Positions 26,319 to 36,170 are shown, counted from the stretch's first letter. The stretch is DNA of 64,000 nt from Candidatus Doudnabacteria bacterium RIFCSPHIGHO2_02_FULL_42_25 (GCA_001777665.1 MFEQ01000004.1:129331-193330); one strand, 5' to 3'. Numbers and translations: made by a program. The notes: generated by a model from the letters alone, not told the origin.

Positions 26319-28347
26319 GGATTTGTAACAATTCCTCTGGAATGGCTTTTAAGAATCTAGAAGGAATAGAAATATTTCTGCTCCCAAATTGTTTGCGGGT
26401 CTGGGCGCATACAAGAAACAGCTGTTGCTTCGCTCTCGTAATCCCCACATAAGTCAGTCTCACTTCTTCGGCAATGTCTTTTGGATCCATCATTGATCTG
26501 GCATGTGGCAAGATCCCCTCTTCCAGTCCGACCAAAAATACTGTCTCGAATTCCAGACCTTTGGCCTGGTGCAGGGTCATCAGTGTTACTTTCGGAGAAT
26601 GTAAATCCATTTCATCTACTGATGTCATGAGCGCTACCTCTTCTAAAAATTTAGTCAGGCCTTCCTTCCAATTCATTTTACGGAAACTTCCAGCGACATT
26701 GAAAAGTTCCTGAATGTTTTCCCAACGTGTTTCTCCCTCTTCCGAACCATCACGCAGAAATGCTTCGTACCCAGTCAGCTTTAAAACTTGACGCAAGATA
26801 TCCAGTAGGTCTGCACTCTCATCTAAATTTTGAATCAAATTAACAGTTTCAAAAAAATGTTTAACAGATGGTTTGAGGTCCATCAATTTCGCTAATTCTT
26901 TCTCATCCTGTTCAATCAAAGCTTCCTTCAGCAGATCAAAACTTTTCGGCCCTATTCCCCGAGGTGGTACATTAATCACTCGTTTCAAACTTACCAAATC
27001 ATTTGGATTAATCAAAAGTCTTAGGTAACTTAAAATATCCTTGATTTCTTTGCGTTCATAGAACTTTAATCCGCCAACTATTTGATAAGGGATAGAGGCT
27101 TCAATCATAACTTCTTCCAAAACCCGGGATTGGGCATGAGTTCGATAAAGTATCGCGATATTGTTCAAACGCTGTCGATTTTTGAGTTTTGGGAGAATTT
27201 TTGACCGGGCACCTGCCCGCCACGCAAGCCAGCTTGCTGGCGTTGCAGGCGGGTGACGCATAATTCGGCCAAGAATCGTGTCGTCCGTATCCTCTATCTC
27301 ATATTGCAGCTCATTCGATTTACCATCCTGGATCTCGATAATTTTGGAAGCAACAAAATAGGCTTCTGCTAATTCATCCGGGGCAGAATAAAACATCGGA
27401 ATCATGCCTTTTTCATTTTCGGTCCACAAAGTTTTTTTGTGCTGTCTCGGACTAAGTTCAATAACTTTCTGGGCGATGGATAAAATCGGTTGAGTCGATC
27501 GGTAATTTTGCTCTAACCGAATAATTTTGGTTTCCGGATAATCTTTTTCAAAATCTAAAATATTTTGGAGGTTCGCCCCTCGAAAACCATAAATAGCTTG
27601 CGCATCGTCCCCCACCACAAAAATATTCTGATGATTGGCAACCAACATTTTCGTGAAAATATACTGGACGTGATTCGTATCCTGATATTCGTCGACCAAA
27701 ACATACTGCCAAAGATTTTGGTATTTCAAAAGCACGTCATCATGTTCTTGAAAAATTCTCACTGGTAACACCAAAAGATCTCCGAAATCGACGGCATTGT
27801 TTTTTCGAAGTTCAGTCTGATACATTTCGTAAACTTTTTTTACATTCAAATCAAAAGTAGTTTGGGTTGGTAAATCATCCGGCTCTTCTAAATTATTTTT
27901 GGCTCGATCTATAAGATGCGCAAACAATGATGGCTTAAATTTCGTCGGATCAATTCTTAAACGTAACAAAATATCTTTCAGCAAACTTTCTTGGTCATCA
28001 CTGTCATAAATGAGGAAATCCCTATCCAAACCAACTAAGGCACATTCTTGCCTTAGAATTCGGACACCTATTGAATGAAAAGTTCCCATCGTAGGGAGTT
28101 CCGATTTTCCGATCAATCCGATTATCCGAGTTTTCATTTCCCCAGCCGCCTTATTAGTAAAAGTTACAGCTAAAATACTATGTGGTTTTAACCCCAATTT
28201 TTTAATCAAATATACTATGCGCATAGTCAAAGCCCTAGTTTTACCACTGCCCGCACCAGCCAAAATTAACACCGGCCCTAGCGGCGCCTTTACAGCTTCT
28301 AATTGAGCTTGATTTAAACCGATTTGTTCAGCAGAATTTTTAGTCAT
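26305..28347 (-). CDS. uvrD: ATP-dependent DNA helicase UvrD/PcrA, carrying an in-frame GC-rich insertion
   Basis: Walker A AGAGSGKT, DEYQDT, motif IV ILYRTHAQSR, motif VI. The extra segment MRHPPATPASWLAWRAGARS is encoded by the element at 27205-27254. Confidence 0.9.
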   Translation of the reverse strand: MTKNSAEQIGLNQAQLEAVKAPLGPVLILAGAGSGKTRALTMRIVYLIKKLGLKPHSILAVTFTNKAAGEMKTRIIGLIGKSELPTMGTFHSIGVRILRQECALVGLDRDFLIYDSDDQESLLKDILLRLRIDPTKFKPSLFAHLIDRAKNNLEEPDDLPTQTTFDLNVKKVYEMYQTELRKNNAVDFGDLLVLPVRIFQEHDDVLLKYQNLWQYVLVDEYQDTNHVQYIFTKMLVANHQNIFVVGDDAQAIYGFRGANLQNILDFEKDYPETKIIRLEQNYRSTQPILSIAQKVIELSPRQHKKTLWTENEKGMIPMFYSAPDELAEAYFVASKIIEIQDGKSNELQYEIEDTDDTILGRIMRHPPATPASWLAWRAGARSKILPKLKNRQRLNNIAILYRTHAQSRVLEEVMIEASIPYQIVGGLKFYERKEIKDILSYLRLLINPNDLVSLKRVINVPPRGIGPKSFDLLKEALIEQDEKELAKLMDLKPSVKHFFETVNLIQNLDESADLLDILRQVLKLTGYEAFLRDGSEEGETRWENIQELFNVAGSFRKMNWKEGLTKFLEEVALMTSVDEMDLHSPKVTLMTLHQAKGLEFETVFLVGLEEGILPHARSMMDPKDIAEEVRLTYVGITRAKQQLFLVCAQTRKQFGSRNISIPSRFLKAIPEELLQIHEDF
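27205..27254. repeat. GC-rich palindromic element, family 1, in frame inside uvrD
   Basis: Its reverse complement shares 32 identical nt with the 24667 copy. The CDS reads through it without a stop. Confidence 0.7.
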
Positions 28348-28370
28348 GCAATGTATTATCGCACAGTATC

Positions 28371-28448
28371 TACGAACTTACGAAATTATTACGAAAATAC
28401 GAAAAAAATTATCCCTTTCGTACTTTCGTAGGCTTTCGTATTTCGTAG
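28371..28448. promoter_or_regulatory. Palindromic array of four TACGAA(A) repeats followed by four TTCGTA repeats, 24-100 nt upstream of the uvrD start
   Basis: TACGAAc tTACGAAa ttatTACGAAaaTACGAAa aaaattatccc TTTCGTAc TTTCGTAggc TTTCGTAt TTCGTAg, read directly. Confidence 0.6.
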
Positions 28449-28864
28449 ATTGAACTTGTGGATATTCCCACAAATAATCTCCTTTAAAAATAGACTTTTT
28501 TGAACTTATATACAAATGTCAGGGTTAAGAGTGTTGACGAGATAACTCAATTTTGGTAACATACGGACTATCGGTTGAAATGATAGTCGAACGAATATTA
28601 GCCCAAAAATTGATTAATTTTTCAAAAAATCCTCCCGCTAGTTTTCTGAAAAATCTGACCAAAAATTGGAGTTTATAAGGAGTTCTTATTTCCCCCCTTT
28701 CTTCCTTCAAGCGAAAGTTCTCTAAGTCCACGAAAGAAATTTCCTCTACGTGGAAATCAAACAGTAAGTTTACAATCCACCCCTTCAAGTCTTTACACTC
28801 AAGACATCTTCTTCCCCTCTCCCTTTCAGACTATTTCGCCAGATTTAGTTTTGAATTCATTGTC

Positions 28865-29968
28865 TTGGGCGTAGCTTGTTTAGCGGTATTCATGAATCTC
28901 TCCCTAAATCGCACCAACCTCATCTCCACCTCGGATGAAAGTGTGATTTTTTCATTCCTCAAAAATAATCCAAACCTCAACCACGCCCTTCTGGCGACTT
29001 CTGACACCACGACTATTTTGGCTAAGTCAGATCAATTGGTTTCCAGAGCCTTGGCTTCTACCTCTGGAATCCTTCTGACTTCTTCGAGAGCTAGTGCTTC
29101 TTCTTCGGCGGTAGTAGACCCGACGACCATCCAAGAAGACGTAATAGTCAAAACTAACCCCGCCGACACTGACAATTTTTATCGACATGGTCTGACACAA
29201 TATACTGTGCAACCCGGCGACACTTTGAGCACTATTGCTTCAAACTTTGGAATTTCTCCTTCCACGATCATGACTGAAAATAAGTTGACGACAAGTTCAA
29301 CGCTGCGAGCTGGAGCGGTGCTCACCATTCTTCCAACGACTGGAATCACATATACAATTAAAGATGGCGATACCATGGAGGCCCTTATCAAAAAATACAA
29401 AGTTACAGAAGATGATTTCTTGGACGCCAACAATTTAGAATCTTTTGAAGATTTGTCATCTGGCGCTGTAGTTGTCGTTCCGATGATCAATGTCGCGGTA
29501 CCACAGGCTCCAAGAACATCAACATTCGTAAAAAGTGAAGCTGGCAAAGTGGCTCTTAGAACTGCTTCAGCTCCAACTGACTTAGTAAATAGTGCTGTGA
29601 GCTTCATCTGGCCAACTGCTGTTAGAACAATTACTCAAGGTTATTCCAAACGTCACAGTGGTTTGGATATCTCCAACAGCCAAAAAGTCCCGATCTATGC
29701 AGCATCTGACGGATTCGTCGAAATCTCCGGATATCAATCCAATGGTTACGGTAACACTATAGTGATTAACCATGGTAACGGCTACAAAACCCGATATGCC
29801 CATGCTTCTACATTAAATGTTTCAGCAGGAGATTATGTGAAACAAGGGCAAGAAATCGCTAAACAGGGCAATACCGGCCGTGTCCGAGGTGCCACTGGTA
29901 TTCACTTACACTTTGAAATAACTAAGAATGGCGCCAAGGTCAACCCTCTCTCTTACGTCAGACCGTAA
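28865..29968 (+). CDS. Secreted LysM-domain / M23-family peptidoglycan metalloendopeptidase
   Basis: Two LysM repeats (YTVQPGDTLSTIA, YTIKDGDTMEALI) and an M23 domain (HSGLDI...HLHFEI). Confidence 0.8.
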   Translation: MGVACLAVFMNLSLNRTNLISTSDESVIFSFLKNNPNLNHALLATSDTTTILAKSDQLVSRALASTSGILLTSSRASASSSAVVDPTTIQEDVIVKTNPADTDNFYRHGLTQYTVQPGDTLSTIASNFGISPSTIMTENKLTTSSTLRAGAVLTILPTTGITYTIKDGDTMEALIKKYKVTEDDFLDANNLESFEDLSSGAVVVVPMINVAVPQAPRTSTFVKSEAGKVALRTASAPTDLVNSAVSFIWPTAVRTITQGYSKRHSGLDISNSQKVPIYAASDGFVEISGYQSNGYGNTIVINHGNGYKTRYAHASTLNVSAGDYVKQGQEIAKQGNTGRVRGATGIHLHFEITKNGAKVNPLSYVRP

Positions 29969-30014
29969 GTCAAAGAACAAAGATCAGTTAACAGTTAACA
30001 TAACCCGAAATAAC

Positions 30015-30041
30015 AAAACCCAGAGTGTCTGGGTTTTTTTG
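30015..30041 (+). terminator. Intrinsic terminator cccag-agtgt-ctggg followed by T7
   Basis: Hairpin plus T-run, 47 nt after the stop codon. Confidence 0.7.
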
Positions 30042-30063
30042 TTATCTGATAGCTGTTATCTGA

Positions 30064-31836
30064 TTACTGAACAGTACCGCCACCCCGACTATCTAGAACA
30101 TCATCATTAATTGTCGATGTCGTGACTTCGTTGACAGTATTGGTTTCTATTAATTGAGAAGTGAAGACATCTGTTCCCATGGCTTTTATATTTGAAAGTA
30201 AGTTCATGGCTTTGTTTCGATCGACTTCACTTGGTGTCACGGCTATTTGAAATGAAACTCGTGCCACTGGAATAAATTTTCCTGTAAACGCTGGAATGTC
30301 TCCGATGTTCCATGTTATTTTTCCAGAATTCGGATCGTACGTTAGTCGATTTTTTTCTGCATCTGGGACGACAACATTTTTCCAAGATTGAGATGGTAGT
30401 GGCAATGACGCAACTACTTTTGTATTTGATAAATCATTACTGCCGTTGGAAAGCATTAGGGTCATGTTAAATAATGTTGTTTTTCCAACTTGCAGCGGAG
30501 CAGCACCTGAAACGTAATCACCGTGGACGTTCAAAGTCAACTCTGATCCCAATTTCAAAACCACATCACCGGCTCTGGTTGGTTTCTGGATTTCATCGGA
30601 AGAAATTTGTGCAGTAGCTTTAATAGTTTGATTTTTTAGATTAGTACTATAACTGTCCACAATTGGAATGCGAAAATCAATTTCACCACGCTCCATTGGT
30701 GATAAAACACTTAATCCTGGAAGGGTGGCTGCTTTCCACGTCAGAGTTCGATCAGACAGAATGGCATTGTCAGCTTGCAATCTGGGTATATCCAACGAAG
30801 CACCTTCCAAATTGACGACAACAACAATATTATTCAAACCGATAGATCCTTGATTCGCATAGTTGAGAGTAAAACTAATTGTTTGATCGAGATTTACAAT
30901 ACCATCCTCTACGTCTGAACTAAGTGTTAATGCCAAAGCAGAAGGCATAATTTGAAAAGTCCCAGTAGAAATTAGCTGTGAAGCAAAAATGTTATTTATA
31001 ATTTGACCCAGCTCTGCTTTCACTAATTTAACCTCGGAATTTTCTCCAGTAAAACTCCCGGTGATTTCTAAAGATAACGAGCTTCCCGTAGCAATTTTGG
31101 GTAATTTCCAATAATTGTTATCTTTGGTCACAGGAATATTACTGCTCGTGTAATTAAATCCTTCAGGATAAGTCATGATTAATACCAAATTATCAAAATC
31201 CTGACTCGTGACGTTAGTAAAATTGACTGAAAAAGTCGTATCCTGTCCCCCGACGACATCTATCGGACCGTTGATTTCCATGGTCAGATTTGGAGGCAAA
31301 ATACTAGTCTGGATAGTTGTTTCAGCTGCGAATTCTGAATTAAAGTTCGACAATCGATAATGCATGACAGCTTTGATCTGTTTGCTCTCGCCTGTCCCGC
31401 CAGTTAATTTCCCGCGAATAATTATCTCGGCTTCCTTGCCTTCTTTCAAAACCGGTAAATTAAATATATTCCCTACCGATGAAGTCGCCTGCGGTGTTGA
31501 TGATTTAAATTTAAATCCGGTTGGGTAAAACAATTGCAGCGAAATATTAGTCAAGTCAGCGTTTTCGTCATTTTTATAAACTACTCGATATTCAGCTTCA
31601 TTACCTGAAACCAGTTGATCCGGTCCTTCGATGACTAGGGACACGCTATCTGGTGTCTGGACTGCTGGTTGTTTATTTCCAAAAATAACGTAGGCTCCCA
31701 CGCCCAGCAACAGTAAAACACAACCGATGGCGACATATATCAATCCCTTGCCTTTAAAAAAGCTCGGCTGTTGGGGTTGAGTAATTTCCATCGGTAACTC
31801 TGACCGAGTATTGGGGTCTAAAATTTGGTCGTCCAT
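30064..31836 (-). CDS. Membrane-anchored surface protein with repeated beta-sandwich domains
   Basis: N-terminal TM segment (LIYVAIGCVLLLLGVGAYVIF). Large Thr/Ser/Asn-rich ectodomain with internal repeats. Confidence 0.45.
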   Translation of the reverse strand: MDDQILDPNTRSELPMEITQPQQPSFFKGKGLIYVAIGCVLLLLGVGAYVIFGNKQPAVQTPDSVSLVIEGPDQLVSGNEAEYRVVYKNDENADLTNISLQLFYPTGFKFKSSTPQATSSVGNIFNLPVLKEGKEAEIIIRGKLTGGTGESKQIKAVMHYRLSNFNSEFAAETTIQTSILPPNLTMEINGPIDVVGGQDTTFSVNFTNVTSQDFDNLVLIMTYPEGFNYTSSNIPVTKDNNYWKLPKIATGSSLSLEITGSFTGENSEVKLVKAELGQIINNIFASQLISTGTFQIMPSALALTLSSDVEDGIVNLDQTISFTLNYANQGSIGLNNIVVVVNLEGASLDIPRLQADNAILSDRTLTWKAATLPGLSVLSPMERGEIDFRIPIVDSYSTNLKNQTIKATAQISSDEIQKPTRAGDVVLKLGSELTLNVHGDYVSGAAPLQVGKTTLFNMTLMLSNGSNDLSNTKVVASLPLPSQSWKNVVVPDAEKNRLTYDPNSGKITWNIGDIPAFTGKFIPVARVSFQIAVTPSEVDRNKAMNLLSNIKAMGTDVFTSQLIETNTVNEVTTSTINDDVLDSRGGGTVQ

Positions 31837-32354
31837 ACGGGCCTTTCTAATATATATTCAATAAATTTATTAATGGTGGTGTGATCAACCTCTTTCTCTT
31901 CTGGAAACCTGAACCCGAGTGTATCTAATAAATCCAAAGAAAATTTATCTAAGATCTTATAGTCAGCTGGGTAATAATCAGGATGGTTCAAGTTATGCAA
32001 AAAATCGATCAGTAAATCAAAAGCAACAGAATTTGGATGTTCATCAGCAGTCATTTTCAGCATCAATTCTGCTCCATAAAGCCCGATCGCCATTTTCTGC
32101 AAGTCTTGATGAATACTGTTGTATTGTTTGACAGGTTTGGCTCCAATCAGAACTGGGAAATTCCCACCGGCGACATCAACTTCACAAAGCGATAGATCCT
32201 GTAAAGCAAACGCCAGTTTACTTTTGGGTAAACGAATAGACTTAGCCAAAATCCGTACTTTACCTAAATCTTTAGTCCATAATGTCAGGATCTGGTCCGC
32301 TTCTTTATAGTTTTGTTTTTTGAGGATTACTCCGGTGTGTTTGCGATATTTCAT
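31818..32354 (-). CDS. recO: DNA repair protein RecO (short form, 178 aa)
   Basis: The N-terminal OB-fold segment resembles RecO (GVILKKQNYKEADQILTLWTKDLGKVRILAKSIR). It lacks the usual C-terminal zinc finger. Confidence 0.55.
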   Translation of the reverse strand: MKYRKHTGVILKKQNYKEADQILTLWTKDLGKVRILAKSIRLPKSKLAFALQDLSLCEVDVAGGNFPVLIGAKPVKQYNSIHQDLQKMAIGLYGAELMLKMTADEHPNSVAFDLLIDFLHNLNHPDYYPADYKILDKFSLDLLDTLGFRFPEEKEVDHTTINKFIEYILERPVWTTKF

Positions 32355-35300
32355 TCTAATTTTATGGAGATTTTTTTACCTTCTATTTCCACTTCCTGCC
32401 CACCCTGACCCTTTTGTATTTCTTTCACATATGTCTTTTTACGATCAAATAACTCAAAGGCAACACTTAGTTCACCATCATTAGTATCATAAGTCAAATT
32501 TATGACTTCGCCAACCTTTAATCCTGATTTTTTGCGCATATCTTGGACCAATCGTTCTAATTCCGCTGCCAAGCCTTCTTTCTTGAGTTCAGGAGATATA
32601 GTCGAATCAAACTTTACAGTGTACGCATCTTTAACATTATCAAACTCAGCTTGTTTGAAATTCAACTCATCTAGTAAAATCTGTTCGAGCTCAGGAGTGA
32701 GTTGATTTTTCCCAACCGTTGAATATTTAAGAACGCCCAATGGTTGACGAAGCTTTATATTTGCAGCTTTTCTAGCACTCAATCCTTCGACAACTAATGT
32801 TCTCACCTGCTCCATAAAGTACAAAACGCTTGGCTGTGAAATTTGGTCTTTAGTTTCAGGCCAACTTGCTAAGTGTACTGATTCTTTATCTCCCTCAGCT
32901 TTTAACTCCTGCCACAATGACTCGGCCACGAAAGGGACAAATGGTGCAAGTAAAATGCTTAAAGTTTTTAAAACTTTATTTAGCGTCTGATAAAAAGCCG
33001 GGCCTTTACGATCTCTTGAACGTCGAACATACCAAGTCGACAGTTCGTTTATAAATACTTCAATTTCCCGAGAAGCATGGAAAGCATCATAAGCCTGAAG
33101 ATACTCCGTGACCTGGTTCACCAACTTCTGTGTTCGCGTTAACATCCACTGATCTAAAATATCTAATTCTTTAACTTCTTTACTTGCATCCCACTGGTCA
33201 TGGTTAGCATAAGTAACGAAAAACGAAAGTACATTCCAAAGAATTACGAAATTTTTTCGCAAGACTAATTCAGCATCCCTTTCTCCAAATCGTTTATCAT
33301 CACCTGGTTGATTCACTGAATACATATACCAACGTAGAGAATCAACACCATATTTGTTAATCACAGACCAAGGATCGATGACGTTCCCTTTAGACTTGCT
33401 CATCTTTTGACCCTTTGAGTCTAATAAGAATCCTAAGCTAATAACATTTTTATAAGATGGCCCTTTATCAAGTAATGTCGAAACTGCAAGTAATGTATAA
33501 AACCAACCACGGGTTTGATCAATGGCTTCTGAAATAAAATCGGCAGGAAATTGTTCTTTGTTCTCAATCTTCTCTTTATTCTCCATCGGATAATGCCACT
33601 GGGCAAAAGGCATAGATCCGGAGTCAAACCAGACATCCATAACTGCTGGGACTCTTTTAGCATCCTTATTACATTCTTTGCATTTTAAAACTACCTCATC
33701 GATATAAGGTCTATGAATATCAATAATAGCAACGTTCATTTCAAATGCTTGACCTTTGTGTGGATATGAGCGATCAGATCCAAAGTGTTTCTGCAAAGAA
33801 TACAAAGGATCCCCATGGCTAACTATGAGAATATTTTTTCCCTGATGTTTTTCATTCAAATCATTTATTAAACTAAGCATTCTGTCTCTTGCCTGAGTCC
33901 AAGTTTCTCCGCCTTTTGGAGCATCAGACCAGCGAATAGCATGCGGAAAATCGCGGTCGAACTCATCGTAGGTTCGACCATCATATTCACCACAATTCAG
34001 CTCATTTAAGCGTGGATCGATAATTAGTTCGACTTTGAGTTTTTTGTTAACAATTTCCGCAGTCTGCATCGTTCGGTTAAATTCAGAGCAGACGATCAAA
34101 TCGAATTTATCTAGCTTAGCTAATTCATCAGCTGTTGCTTGAACCAGCTTTTGACCTTTTTCAGTTAGCTGATCCATTTCGCTACCTGGTTTGGAACTAC
34201 AAACTCGTTTAACATTTGTATAAGCCTCGCCGTGTCGTAGGAAATAAAAATTATTTTTGGCGAGCCCTAAGTCCTTAATGCTACCTGGAACCGTAAGATG
34301 CTCTTGATCACATGTCCAGATTGGTAAAGGTGTCCCCCAATATCGTTCTCTAGAAATAGCCCAATCTTTCACCCCATCCAACCATTCTCCGAATCGTCCA
34401 TGTTTGATATAGTCGGGTGTCCAATTTATTTGTTCGTTATTTGCCTTTAGTTGATCTCGCAATTTACTCATAGCAATAAACCATGAATCTCTAGCGTAAT
34501 ACAGAAGTGGTGTGCCACATCGCCAACAATGAGGATATTCGTGTTTATATTTTTCAATCTTAAGCACCCGGTCCCCTAACAATTCAAAAATCTTTTGATC
34601 AGTTTTGTGATCTTTAACATACATTCCTGCCAAACCTGCGACTTCAGGAGTAAATCTTCCAGTTTCGTCCACCGTGTGATGCTTGGGTAATCCTAACTCT
34701 TCACCTAATTGATAGTCATCCTCACCATACATAACTGCTGTATGCACAACACCTGTTCCATCTTCAGTATTTACAAAATCTGCAGCATAAACTTTATAGG
34801 ATTTATCCGATTTGAGTTCAGGAATATCAAATAGTGGTTCGTATTCCAAACCTACAAGATCCTTACCCTTATATTGCTGTTTTGTGCGATCGTCAATTTT
34901 AGTAATATCCGAAAAAGTAGAATTCACTCGGTCTTTCGCAACAATATAAAATTCTCCATCCTTTTCGACTTTGAAATAATCAATATCTCCCCCCACTGCT
35001 AACGCAACATTCCCAGGCAGAGTCCAAGGAGTTGTGGTCCAAGACAAAATATAAGTGTTGGGTTCACTCCTTAACTTAAACTTAACGTAAACAGATTGAT
35101 CAGAGACAGTTTGATAACCCTGTGCAACTTCATGCGAAGAAAGTGCTGTGCCACATCTTGGGCAATAAGGCACGACTTTGTGGCCTAGATAAATTAATTT
35201 TTTATCGTTAATCTCCTTTACTATCGACCACACGGATTCGATATAGGAATTAGAGTAAGTAATATAGGGATTATCCAAATCAACCCAAAAGCCCATTCGC

Positions 35301-35725
35301 TTAGTGAGTTTTTCCCAATCCTCTTTGTATTGCCACACAGATTCTCTGCAAAGTCGATTAAATTCAATAATGCTGTCACGCACATTTGGTTTAATCGATT
35401 CGATTTGTTTTTTTCCCGAAATTCCAAGTTTTTTTTCAACTTCTAATTCGACTGGGAGTCCGTGTGTGTCCCAACCACCTTTACGAGAAACGAATTTCCC
35501 AAGCATTGTCTGGAATCTTGGAAATAAATCTTTAAATGCTCTTGCTTCTACGTGGTGAATGCCTGGTTTGCCATTTGCTGTGGGAGGACCTTCAAAAAAC
35601 ACAAACCTTTCACCGTTTTTGGTTTGCTCCAAAGATTTGGCAAAAATTTGGTTCTCTTCCCAAAATTTTAAAATCTCTTCCTCTAGCTCTGGAAACTTTG
35701 GTTTGGGCTCTATAGGCTTAAACAT
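32351..35725 (-). CDS. ileS: Isoleucine--tRNA ligase with an inserted histidine-phosphatase (PGAM-like) domain
   Basis: Catalytic signatures (PPTANGKPGIHHV, KMSKS), CP1 editing domain, WCxxC...HRPYID zinc region. Residues about 491-661 (nt about 33745-34255) carry the RHGE and SHGD motifs of histidine phosphatases. Confidence 0.9.
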   Translation of the reverse strand: MFKPIEPKPKFPELEEEILKFWEENQIFAKSLEQTKNGERFVFFEGPPTANGKPGIHHVEARAFKDLFPRFQTMLGKFVSRKGGWDTHGLPVELEVEKKLGISGKKQIESIKPNVRDSIIEFNRLCRESVWQYKEDWEKLTKRMGFWVDLDNPYITYSNSYIESVWSIVKEINDKKLIYLGHKVVPYCPRCGTALSSHEVAQGYQTVSDQSVYVKFKLRSEPNTYILSWTTTPWTLPGNVALAVGGDIDYFKVEKDGEFYIVAKDRVNSTFSDITKIDDRTKQQYKGKDLVGLEYEPLFDIPELKSDKSYKVYAADFVNTEDGTGVVHTAVMYGEDDYQLGEELGLPKHHTVDETGRFTPEVAGLAGMYVKDHKTDQKIFELLGDRVLKIEKYKHEYPHCWRCGTPLLYYARDSWFIAMSKLRDQLKANNEQINWTPDYIKHGRFGEWLDGVKDWAISRERYWGTPLPIWTCDQEHLTVPGSIKDLGLAKNNFYFLRHGEAYTNVKRVCSSKPGSEMDQLTEKGQKLVQATADELAKLDKFDLIVCSEFNRTMQTAEIVNKKLKVELIIDPRLNELNCGEYDGRTYDEFDRDFPHAIRWSDAPKGGETWTQARDRMLSLINDLNEKHQGKNILIVSHGDPLYSLQKHFGSDRSYPHKGQAFEMNVAIIDIHRPYIDEVVLKCKECNKDAKRVPAVMDVWFDSGSMPFAQWHYPMENKEKIENKEQFPADFISEAIDQTRGWFYTLLAVSTLLDKGPSYKNVISLGFLLDSKGQKMSKSKGNVIDPWSVINKYGVDSLRWYMYSVNQPGDDKRFGERDAELVLRKNFVILWNVLSFFVTYANHDQWDASKEVKELDILDQWMLTRTQKLVNQVTEYLQAYDAFHASREIEVFINELSTWYVRRSRDRKGPAFYQTLNKVLKTLSILLAPFVPFVAESLWQELKAEGDKESVHLASWPETKDQISQPSVLYFMEQVRTLVVEGLSARKAANIKLRQPLGVLKYSTVGKNQLTPELEQILLDELNFKQAEFDNVKDAYTVKFDSTISPELKKEGLAAELERLVQDMRKKSGLKVGEVINLTYDTNDGELSVAFELFDRKKTYVKEIQKGQGGQEVEIEGKKISIKLE

Positions 35726-35742
35726 CTATATGATCCTAATAT

Positions 35743-35774
35743 GCGAATTAATGCTAATCAGCGAATTTGCGAAT
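35743..35774. promoter_or_regulatory. Three GCGAAT copies 18-50 nt upstream of the ileS start
   Basis: atGCGAATta ... caGCGAATttGCGAATct. Same motif family as the 28371 and 15984 arrays. Confidence 0.4.
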
Positions 35775-36170
35775 CTAATCTTTTCCCTGAGAGTTTAGAA
35801 CTCTTTTTGCTTTTAAATATTGATCTCTAAAATTTACAAGCAATCCCAATCTTTTGTTATATGCAACTAAATATCTTTTAACTTGATAATACTCTTCTCT
35901 CCCAAGAACTCTTGTACACTTAATCTCTAAAATTATTTTATCTTCGATAATGAAATCTACTTTATTTCTCCCGGGCATTTCACCGGCAAAACTCGGTGGC
36001 AACAATTTTTCTCGCTCGTATTTAATAGAAGCATTTTTAAATTTCGCTTCAATTGCATCAGCATATTGCTTCTCATTACACGATCTTCCAAGCTCGTTGT
36101 GAACCGTAAACAAAATACCCGTTATTTTATATGACAGTTCAGGATATATTAATCCAGTACTTATTGGCAT
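35775..36170 (-). CDS. GxxExxY-family protein
   Basis: ELSYKITGILFTVHNELG...GEMPGRNKVDFIIEDKIILEIKC...GLLVNF matches the GxxExxY (TIGR04256-like) pattern. Confidence 0.65.
   Translation of the reverse strand: MPISTGLIYPELSYKITGILFTVHNELGRSCNEKQYADAIEAKFKNASIKYEREKLLPPSFAGEMPGRNKVDFIIEDKIILEIKCTRVLGREEYYQVKRYLVAYNKRLGLLVNFRDQYLKAKRVLNSQGKD

Noticed and set aside
28525-28788. 87-aa ORF between the uvrD leader array and the LysM-M23 gene
   Set aside because: Starts with a TTG, has no SD and has a low-complexity K/E/F-rich sequence. Low coding plausibility.
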